Of a DNA stretch of 64,000 bases, positions 22,835-33,714 are shown piece by piece (position 1 is the first letter of the stretch; each line of letters starts with the position of its first letter). The notes under the pieces were generated by a model. It had not been told where the DNA came from and did not search any database. It was given only the letters and a program-made list of their open reading frames with translations. Where the stretch lies: NCBI GenBank assembly GCA_002269645.1, contig NIVC01001309.1, positions 131,106 through 195,105 of the forward strand, written 5' to 3'. The position numbers and the translations under genes were made by a program. The stretch comes from Macrostomum lignano (lineage: Eukaryota).

Positions 22835-23105
22835 CTCGATTCCAAGTGCAGTCACAATTATTTGGGGTTAAACTGAAATCTCAGTTTGTGATTGTGATTG
22901 TGAAGTGTACATGCCTAACGATAAATAAAGTTAGGGCCGCCGTACACTCCTGTGTGTGTGCCTGTGCGTATGACTGCGTACGTATCCGCGCGCTTGTGTG
23001 CCTGATCAGGGGAGTCGGCGGAATGGACAGTCAGCAATGCCTCTCGCCGGTTGTGTGACAATGTCGCTTAATGTACACCAGGGCGCACACAGACCCCTGC
23101 CTCTA
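22835..23105 (+). mobile_element. 5'-truncated copy of the 13910 SINE
   Basis: Starts at the B-box remnant CTCGATTCCAAGTGCAGTCAC; high identity to the reverse complement of 13915-14190. Confidence 0.8.
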
Positions 23106-23455
23106 AAAATGGTTTGTAAGAAACAATCTGTGGTAAAATTTGCTTAAAATATTTGTTAAAACTACAAACAGTAAAATAAAAAATAAATAAACTTTTTTTG
23201 TTTTTTTTTGTTGGTAATGTTGAATTTAGACCAGGGTTGATTTATTAAGTTGCAAAGAAACAGTCAGACCGGTAAACACCGGTGTCAACATGTACATAGC
23301 AAAGTTGTTTAATTGTATAGAAATATTTTATAAGCAACACTAATTAAAAAACAGCACACGGGACACGCGCGGAAAAGTCTTCTAACCGTGGTCGAACCAT
23401 TGACGCAGATAAAATGCAGAAGTAACTTAGTTAAACCGAAACTCTCTACCCACAT

Positions 23456-26400
23456 TCAGCTCTCATCGTCGCTGTCCTTTGCCAGACTGCCGAGCACCTC
23501 CGAGGGCACGGGCAGCTCAGAGATCTCAATGTTTTCTCCGCCACCTGTGCAATGAATTGTTCAATGGAATTATTAATTAGGCAATATTTTTGACTTTATA
23601 TTTTAAAACAAGCAATGCACGCGGATTGCACTACTTGTATAGTAGAAATACAAGAAAATAACGCTCGTACAAATGGAAATAAAATCCGTATTACAGTATA
23701 AAATGCGATCTCATTGGGATTAATGAAGGGAAATTCTCAATGAGATTCTCAGGCATTCAAAGACAATTCTCACTGAGATCTAAAGACGATTCTCAATGAG
23801 ATTCTCAGATATTGAAAGACGATTCCTCAGGTATTCAAAAACAAATCTCAATGAGATTCTCAGTTATTCAAAGACGATTCTCAGTGAGATTCTCAGGTAT
23901 TCAAAGACGATTCTCAATGAGATTCCTCAGGTATTCAAAGACGATTCTCAATGAGATTCCTCAGGTATTCAAAAACGATTCTCAATAAGATTCTCAGGTT
24001 TTCAGAAGATTCTCAATGAGATTCTCAGGTATTCAAAAGACGATTCTCAATAAGATTCCTCAGGTATTCAAAAGACGATTCTTAATGAGATTCTCAGACA
24101 TTCAAAGACGATTCTTAAAGAGATCTAAAGACGATTCTCAATGAGATTCTCAATCAGTCAAAAATGATTTTGAATGAGATCTTTTTAAAAAAAGTCTTTG
24201 AAGAAACCAAACCCCAACCCACTCACCATCGCTATCCTCTCCAGCCTCCTCCATCACTTCTCCGCCAGCGTCGCTATCCTCAGAGTCATCATCATCGCCG
24301 CCAATCTGGAGCTCCTCCGGATTCGCCTTGCCGCCAGCCCCGTTGCTATTGGCAACGCCAGAGGCGGCCGACTCCGCAGCAGCAGGCGCAGTTCGCATAA
24401 CCCCGGCGGGTTGCTCCTGATCTTTGCCGCGTACAAATAAAATTCCTTTAGGCTGAGCAGACTGCTGCTGCTGTTGCTCAAGAGCTCGCATCGGGTCGCT
24501 GCTCGAAGGGCCGGCAGAGTCCTCAGCCTGATCGTCCGAGTCAGCTGAACCAGCCGCAGCGGCCGCCGCAGCCGTATAATTGAGCTGAGTACTGAACGCC
24601 GCAGTCACTGACCGTTTCACCCTGAGCATCTCTCTGAGCGTCTCTTCGCTGCCGTTGGCAATCTCGAATTCTTGCCAGGCGTGCCAGAACTGCTCGTGCA
24701 GCCGCGGGTCGCAAATCTGGGCGCAGTAGGCGTAGACAGCCCTGGCCCGGTCCACTTCGCCTAGGCGGGTCTCCAGCTCGGCGAAGCGCAAACAGAACTC
24801 TCTGGCCTCGGCGTCCGGCAGAGATTCGATGGCTTTCTCGTACACTGCTCGGGTGTGGGTGACGCCTAGCAGCTCCGCCACCCTGCGAAACGGTTTTGTG
24901 GTTGGGTTTTCATAGTTAGTTGGTTAATAAGTAGGTCAGTCATTTCTGTTTGTCTGTTTGTCTGTCTGTCTGTCTTAGTGTCTGCCTGTCCGTCTGTCTT
25001 AGTGTCTGTCTGTCTATCTGTCTGTCTTAGTGTCTGTCTTAGTGTCTGCCTGTCCGTCAGTCAGTCAGTCAGTCAGTCAGTCAGTCAGTCAGTCAGTCAG
25101 TCAGTCAGTCAGTCAGTCAGTCAGTCAGTCAGTCAGTCAGTCAGTCAGTCAGTCAGTCAGTCAGTCAGTCAGTCAGTCAGTCAGTCAGTCAGTCAGTCAG
25201 TCAGTCAGTCAGTCAGTCAGTCAGTCAGTCAGTCAGTCAGTCAGTCAGTCAGTCAGTCAGTCAGTCAGTCAGTCAGTCAGTCAGTCAGTCAGTCAGTCAG
25301 TCAGTCAGTCAGTCAGTCAGTCAGTCAGTCAGTCAGTCAGTCAGTCAGTCAGTCAGTCAGTCAGTCAGTCAGTCAGTCAGTCAGTCAGTCAGTCAGTCAG
25401 TCAGTCAGTCAGTCAGTCAGTCAGTCAGTCAGTCAGTCAGTCAGTCAGTCAGTCAGTCAGTCAGTCAGTCAGTCAGTCAGTCAGTCAGTCAGTCAGTCAG
25501 TCAGTCAGTCAGTCAGTCAGTCAGTCAGTCAGTCAGTCAGTCAGTCAGTCAGTCAGTCAGTCAGTCAGTCAGTCAGTCAGTCAGTCAGTCAGTCAGTCAG
25601 TCAGTCAGTCAGTCAGTCAGTCAGTCAGTCAGTCAGTCACAGCGCACACACTGCAGTCAATTTACCTGTTAATATAAATGTTGAACATGGGAGCACGCTG
25701 ATTGGCTGGCAGGCGCTCCAACGCTCGCTCGTACACATTCATAGCTCGCTTGGCCAGTCCGTGCTCCTCTTCCAGCTTGGCGTACAGCAGGAAGAAGGGG
25801 CGGGACAGCTCCGCCGGGCAGTGCTCCAGGCACTGCTCAAATAGGTCCCGAGCACGCTCGAGCTTGGCGCCGCCGTAACGGTCGGAGAAATGAATCAAGT
25901 AGGTCTTCCACAGCTCCTCGACGTTCGGCCATTTGAATAGAGCGATGCCGCGTTCGTACACCTGCGAGTGACAACGCAGAACACTGCATAGATACCACCA
26001 ACTGGAACCCACACTTCAGAACACTAAATGGAACCCACACTTCAGAACACTAAATGGAACCCACACTTTATGACACCATCAAATGGAACCCACACTTCAG
26101 AACACCATCAACTCGAACCCAAACTTCAGAACACCATCAAATGGAACCCACACTTCAGGACACTATCAACTGGAACCCAAACTTCAGAACACCATTAAAT
26201 GGAACCCACACTTCAGGCCACCATCAAATGGAACCCAGACTTCAGGACACCATCAACTAGAACCCACACTTCAGGACACCATCAACTGGAACCCACACTT
26301 CAGGACACCATCAACTGGAACCCACACTTCAGGACACCATCAACTGGAACCCACACTTCAGGACACCATCAACTGGAACCCACACTTCAGGACACCATCA

Positions 26401-29400
26401 ACTGGAACCCACACTTCAGGACACCATCAACTGGAACCCACACTTCAGGACACCATCAAATGGAACCCACACTTCAGGACACTATTGAATGGAACCCACA
26501 CTTCAGAACACCATCAACTGGAACCCACACTTCAGGACACCATCAACTGGAACACACACTTCAGGACACCATCAACTGGAACCCACACTTCAGGACACCA
26601 TCAAATGGAACCCACACTTCAGGACACCATCAACTGGAACCCACACTTCAGGAAACCATCAACTGGAACCCACACTTCAGGACACCATCAACTGGAACCC
26701 ACACTTCAGGACACCATCAACTGGAACCCACACTTCAGGACACCATCAACTGGAACCCACACTTCAGGACACCATCAACTGGAACCCACACTTCAGGACA
26801 CCATCAACTGGAACCCACACTTCAGGACACCATCAACTGGAACCCACACTTCAGGACACCATCAACTGGAACCCACACTTCAGGACACCATCAACTGGAA
26901 CCCACACTTCAGGACACCATCAACTGGAACCCACACTTCAGGACACCATCAACTGGAACACACACTTCAGGACACCATCAACTGGAACCCACACTTCAGG
27001 ACACCATCAAATGGAACCCACGCTTCAGGACACTACCTGTAACTCACCCTAAAAGCCTCTTCAAAATAGGCGCTCTCCTCCAGCATAACGGCATAGTTAA
27101 TAACAATCTGCGGAGTTGCAATCTGCAGATCCAGCATTCTGTCATAGGCAGCCCTGGCCGTGGCCAGAGTGCCATAGGATTCTTCTAAATCAACATAGAA
27201 AGACCAGAGCTTAAGCGACTTGTGCAGGCGGGCTTGCACAGGCTCTGACCGGTCGTAGAAATCCACTTTGTGCGACGGCGGGGCCACAGCCTTGGCCAGG
27301 AGGGCCAGAGCCTTCTCTGGCGGCCCGTGGCGCAGCTCCATCTCCGCCCATTGGCACCACACGTAGGCCAAATCGTCCACTGTTCTGCAGTGTTTGGAGC
27401 AATTTTATCTTCCTCATTTTTTGTCTGTTTTTAGTCCACAAAAATATTACCAGTGCCTTGCCCTTTCGCCCCTGAGAGTTTTTAGCTACTTCGATATAAT
27501 CTTCCAAGTCCCTGAATTGTCCAATTATTGCAATTTTCTAACTTCATCAATTTTCAGAATCTCCCTAGTCTACCTAATCTTCTATATAATCTTTCTAATC
27601 TCTTCAGTCTTCCTAATCTACTAGATCTTCCTAATCCTTCTAATATTCCTAATCTCCTCAGTCTCCCTAATCTCCTCAATCTCCCTAATCCCCTCAATAT
27701 CCCTAATCTCCTTTATCTCCCTAATCCCCTCATCTTTCTAATCTCCTTAATCTTCCTAATCTTCTCAATCTCCCTAATCTCCTCAATCTCCCTAATCCCC
27801 TTAATCTCCCTAATCTCCTCAATCTTTCTAATCTCCTCAATCTTTCTAATCTCCTCAATCTTTCTAATCTTCTCAATCTCCCTAATCTCCTCAATCTCCC
27901 TAATCTCCTCAATCTTTCTAATCTCCTTAATCTTCTTAATCTTTCCAATCTTCTCAATCTCCCCAATCTTCCTAATCTTCTTAAATATTCCTGATTTCTT
28001 CAAATCATCCTAATCTCCTCTCTCTCTAATCTTGCTTTCCCCTATCTGTAAAATCCTCTTATTCCAGTTCGAAAGTCTGAACAATTCCCACCTGTGATCG
28101 GCAGCGGCAGCCTTTTCAAAAACAGTCCTAGCGTCAGACAGCTGGTCGTGCTTCTCGTAGAACTTGGCGAACTCCGTCCAGAGGGTGCAGGCCCGACCAG
28201 CGCTAGCCTTGTGCGGATCCACAGTCTTCACGGCCTCCATGTAGGTGCCGATCTGCTCAGCCGGCCGGTCCGCCAGCAGCTGCACTCGCTTGTGCCACTC
28301 CGGCACGCAGTGCGGGTTCTGCCTGAGCAGCACGGAGTTCAACAGCAGCGGCCGGCGCTCAATCAGGTGCTCAAATCTGAGCATGGCCAAGTCAGACTCA
28401 AGCGACTCTTCAGAGTCACCGGCAGCGGCGGCGCCTTCCTCGGCTGCCTCCATCAGCTGGCGCACCAGGCCTTCCTCAAATTCGGCGCTGGCGTCGAACA
28501 CCTGGCTGAAGTCGCGCACGGTGGTGACCGTGGCCAGGGCCTCTTCGAATACGTCTCTGCGGTTTGGGAGGCGGGAATAATTAAGGGATGGACTCCAAGA
28601 GGATTAGCTTTGAGCACTGAGAATTAATGGTCGATTGCTAGCGTCAAATTATACCTAAGTTGGATTTTAGACCTGGGTTCGATTCTCAATCTGAAGTACC
28701 CTGAGTTCGATTCTCAATCTGGAGTACCCTGAGTTCGATTCTCAATCTGGAGTACCCTGAGTTCGATTCTCAAGGTGAAGTAGCTGGGTTCGATTCCGGC
28801 ACCAAAGAGTATCTGGGTTCGATTCCGGAACCAAAGAGTACCTGGGTTCGATTCCGGCACCAAAGAGTACCTGGGTTCGATTCCGGCACCAAAGAGTACC
28901 TGGGTTCGATTCTGGCACCAAAAACTACTTGGGTTCGAGCTGCTTGAACTCACCTGGCCCTGCTGATATTCCCAGCTCTCAAGTGCCATTCAGCCAGGGC
29001 AGTCCACAGTCTGCCAACCTGATCGGTGTACCGACTAATCCCCTGCCGAATAATTGCCTCAGCGTTGACGCTGGTGACCTCCAATGGATTTCTCGACAGC
29101 AGATTGCACAGCTCCTGCCACAGAGCGTGCTTGGACTTGCCCCTTGAACTCTGAAACGAATCGTCATTGATGATGGCAACCAGGTTGGCAACGGCTTCGT
29201 CCAATCGCTGGTGCTCCAATAAAAAATCGACGAAATCTTCGCGACCTTCCGGCTTGAAGCGGACGTAGCGGCGAAGGACGCGCAGCGCGGTCTCCAGGCA
29301 GCCGTGCGGAGCGTGCAGGCGGACCAGGCGAAGGTAGGGCGGCCACAGCCGGTCGTGCTGGGTGAGGGGCAGCGAGCGGAGTGCGCGATCGAAGGCCCGG

Positions 29401-29485
29401 CGAGACTCGGTGATTCGGCCTTGCCTGTGGAGGTGCGGATTAGAGCAGCAATTAGAACACAATAAAGACACTAAGACACGAGGAC

Positions 29486-29558
<73 letters not shown>

Positions 29559-29701
29559 TAGACAGACAGACAGACAGACAGACACAGACAGACAGACAGA
29601 AAGACACACACTAAGACAGACGACAGACAGACAGACACTAAGACAGACAGACAGTCAGACAGACAGACAGACAGACCGACAGACAGACAGACAGACAGAC
29701 C

Positions 29702-29741
<40 letters not shown>

Positions 29742-29788
29742 GGCAGCCAGACAGCCAGACAGACAGACAGACAGACAGACAGACAGCC

Positions 29789-29839
<51 letters not shown>

Positions 29840-29844
29840 TAGAC

Positions 29845-29937
<93 letters not shown>

Positions 29938-29960
29938 TAGACACAGACAGGCAGGCAGGC

Positions 29961-30005
<45 letters not shown>

Positions 30006-30359
30006 CAGGCAGCCTTACCTGGTGAGAAAGCGGCAATAGTCCAGCCAGATTCTGGGCATCTTGTGCATGTGCACCAGCGCTCTCTCGTGAGCGGCATTGG
30101 CAACGCTGAGCTCAGCCTGCAGATCTGCATCGCTAACATCGGGCGAGTTGGCCCGCGCCCTGGCCAGCAGTCTCCGGTAGCGGAGGTAGCGGTACCAGAG
30201 TTTGTAGCTGCCCGGCAGCTGCTTCACCGCCCGTTCGTAGATCTGGCACACAGCCACCGGGCGCCGGCCGTCAGCCTTGTGCTCAACATAGCGAAGCCAG
30301 GACTTCACTGAGTACGGGTTGCGAAGAATCTCCTCCTCGTAGGGGAGATCCTCTTCTTC
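23456..30359 (-). CDS. XAB2: Pre-mRNA splicing factor SYF1/XAB2; exons 30359-30019, 29424-28954, 28556-28092, 27384-27048, 25961-25666, 24882-24227, 23544-23456
   Basis: Six GT-AG introns with consistent phases give 2655 nt in frame (884 aa plus stop). Motifs EEEDLPYEEEILRNPYSVKSWLRY, HKMPRIWLDY, LLNSVLLRQNPH, IATPQIVINYA, KLERARDLFEQ and VPSEVLGSL. The initiator exon is not fixed. Confidence 0.95.
23735..24152. repeat. About 33-bp minisatellite in the last SYF1 intron
   Basis: Units like GATTCTCAATGAGATTCTCAGGTATTCAAAGAC, each with palindrome TCTCA-A-TGAGA. Confidence 0.9.
24945..25640. repeat. (GTCT)n grading into pure (CAGT)n microsatellite in a SYF1 intron
   Basis: About 580 bp of perfect CAGT repeats preceded by degenerate GTCT. 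Confidence 0.98.
25997..27032. repeat. 29-bp minisatellite in a SYF1 intron
   Basis: About 35 units of ACTGGAACCCACACTTCAGGACACCATCA. Confidence 0.97.
27560..28030. repeat. Degenerate 9-bp repeat (TCTCCCTAA/TCTTCCTAA) in a SYF1 intron
   Basis: About 470 bp of 9-nt periodicity. Confidence 0.9.
28672..28940. repeat. 27/29-bp repeat of B-box/tRNA-3'-end-like units in a SYF1 intron
   Basis: About 10 units containing G(G/A)GTTCGATTC; later units read GGGTTCGATTCCGGCACCA. Confidence 0.88.
29487..30005. repeat. (GACA)n microsatellite in a SYF1 intron
   Basis: About 520 bp of interrupted GACA repeats. Confidence 0.98.
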
Positions 30360-32224
30360 CTGAGGCGTGAGGGAATAAATAAACAGGGTGTTAATAATGC
30401 TACCAAAAAGGTAAAAAAACATCTGTGAAAAGTTTATGTTTATGAAGTTAATGAATTGAGCTTCTGATCCTGGCTAATATAAATTTCATATTATCTCATC
30501 ATAATGGTTATAAAAATGTCATCAATATGACACAATTTAGAGTTTAAATACCAAAACTTCAACAATAAATGAACATATTTGCTCACAGAGAATCATAGAA
30601 TACACTTGGCATATAGAATTTCAAGGTCGAACACTGGTGTACAAAAATGGCCAATTATGGCCATGGCCAGGTATGGTATAGCAAAATTTTGATCAACCCT
30701 ATTGGAATAAGTTTCAAAAACCTGCAGATACACGACACATGTGCAAAAAAGTAGCATAAATACATGACACAAGACAAAAGAATTAAAAAGTGCAACATGA
30801 TGCAAAATTCATTTGAAATATTACAAAATTTGGCAGAAAATGACAGATAAACAATGAATACTAAAACCCAGAAAATAGAGTAAACATTCTGAAACTTTTT
30901 ACTTAAAGTCTCAAATGACAACTATGTTACTCCCACAGTTGTTCACATACCATGCTTCTGGCACTGCTGCAAGTTGACCACAATGTGCTTCAACACAAAT
31001 ACTGCCCTGCTCTTCAACTCTACCACGCAATGCAACACTGGCTGCATTTTTTGAATTCCTGATTTCTTGAGTGAACAGCCAAAAATACTAAAATTTCCAT
31101 TTCAGTGTACACCTTCCATGATCCAGACTATGGACTATAAGTATATATAAGATTCCATCAATCTTATACTTTTGCAAGTTTAATTATTTTCTAAGAATTT
31201 TAAATTTTGCATCTACTTACATCTAAAACCATTGTTTATTGTTGCATTTTTATTTTAGGACCACCCAGTAACTGGTTTCACTACTTGTAGTTGACAGTTT
31301 TGACAATTGATTTGTTGAAACTCATCAATCTTTTCATTGAATCTAATAAAGTATTCATCATTACACTAGCCTTGGTTAGGGTAGTGCACTAGGCCTAAGA
31401 CTTGATTAAATTGCAGGACTATTTAAGTTATAAATTTATTCATATCTGTGAATTGACCACTGACAAATTCTACCTACCAAACTGATAGTAGATTATAGTC
31501 ATTACAGTGATACAACATTTTGACAACAAATGTTTTAGTGACAAACAAAAGTAATTTTAATGAAAAGAAAAAGACCCTTTTGGTAATAGTCATTATGGTT
31601 TTAAACAAAAAATATCTTGCTAATTTTAAGTGATATAAAGCCTAAAATTTTGAAGGTTTGCTGAAACCTTAGTATTGCTTCATTTAATTTTTGTTTACTT
31701 TTATAAAGTTGCAATATTTTATATTTGTACATTTTCCAAATTCAATGAATATTTCTTGTAGCTTTTTGGTAGGCAAATTATGAGGAGGATCATTTATGTT
31801 TATGTTTAAATATTCTAGGACAAATTCAAAATGATCTGTATAAAAACAAAACAATAAAACAATTTATTTTTTAAAAATATATTAAGCTTTTGACAGAATT
31901 TTTGAAATATACAAAATATAAATCTTAACAGAATAACTACAAACTGATACTATGAAGAGCTTTCTATCACTAAAATGACCAACAACTCAACAAATTTTTC
32001 ATTTTTTATCAAATGTGAAATGTGTTAATCATAGAAGCAACTTGTTACCAAAATGTTTATCACTAAAACAACTTGGGCAATCTTTAAGATTTGTTTGCTA
32101 AATTTGAATTTGTGTGAAATTTGTGCTAAAATATGGTAGGAGACACAGAAACAATGTCTATAGGACAAAAAGTTGTATAGTCAAGACAGAAGGCAAGGAA
32201 TTAAAAAAAATAAGTGAATGTCTA

Positions 32225-32339
32225 TATGGTAAACTATACTAAACTACTGTACTAAAGAGAGTCTATGGTAAACTATACTAAACTACTGTACTAAAGAGAG
32301 TCTATGGTAAACTATACTAAACTACTGTACTAAAGAGAG
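32225..32339. repeat. Three copies of a 39-bp unit
   Basis: TATGGTAAACTATACTAAACTACTGTACTAAAGAGAGTC three times. Confidence 0.9.
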
Positions 32340-33714
32340 GGGCACAAAGAAGTTTCAAATTCTCATTATTGATTTTTGCTAGTATAGATTTCTTATCATG
32401 GCTAGGGACATCCTGTAGTACCAAGTTTTATTTTCCAACCAAATTTGCTTCAGAACATTGCCAACCTAACCAACTAGAACTATACTCTCTTTGAGCTTGG
32501 TAGTAAGCTGCAAGACATATGGTCAATAATCAATTGGCTGGCAATATATTGTTTAATTTGGAACTATTACCACTGCAGTTTTTGACCAGCTAGCAAAAGC
32601 ATCATGCACCTTCAATATCAAGCAGGTGATTGGTATGTCAAAGGCTTTACCTGGGATTGCAAGGATTGTCTATTGCAAGTTTTAATCTGCAAGGACTTAT
32701 TCTTTGAGGCCTGAAAGCTCAGACTGGTGCAGCACAGCTCATTTACTAGTGGCTAATTGATGTGAAACAAGGAGAAGCTATTAGACAAGCCTATAAACAC
32801 TCATTAATTGGCATAATTTCATTATACTCATTGACTATCAAGTACCAAGTACTCATTGACTATCTAATAAAACTAAGAGGCCTTAATTGAAAGGTCAAAG
32901 TAGATAAGTCCTATTTTATACATGAAAATTTTATTAAAATGCACATTAGCCTGGCTAATAAGTGCCAAGAATAATAGAACATGGCATTGGAAATGCATGA
33001 TAGCACTAGTTGAAGATAGAACTGTGGCAACCTTGCTGCTAATTATTATTTGGCATATTTTTCCCAGAATCCCAGGTACTCACATATTGATTGATAGCTA
33101 ACAAACATATAACCAACTATTTAACTCTGGTATTATGAACTACTAATTGCATTTTGTGAACTTGCAAGATGCAAAAATTTACATAAATCTTATTGAAGGT
33201 ATATAGGCTCATACCAAAGCTTGCTTTGGTATAATACATGGCTTGAGTACTATACTCTTCAAGTCATATCTTAAAGAATTTCTTTAGTGCAAGATATACC
33301 TATAAAATATATTTGGTAATATGTAATGGATTGGGCACTATTACCCCTGAAATGGACTTAATAAATGCAATCAACTAACTAATGATTTTAACTTCATGTT
33401 TATAGTTTATTTGTTAATTTCTAATTAGGTTTTGTTATTATTAAGATTAGAAATAAATTTTTATATAAGTTTGAGTTTAGCAAACAATTCTTGAAAGTTG
33501 CCACAACTTGTTACCAAAATGACCTGTATCCACTGATAGACTTTATGCAAGAGACAAATCTTTTAAGCCATTTCATAAGCCTGCATCCATTTGAATTGCA
33601 AATTACTAAGAAAATAATCTAAACATGCAAAGTAAAATATTGCCAAAATTGCTGACACCAACATTATAATTTTTTATGGAAAATAAAAACAAGAGAATAA
33701 TCTTTTGACATCAA

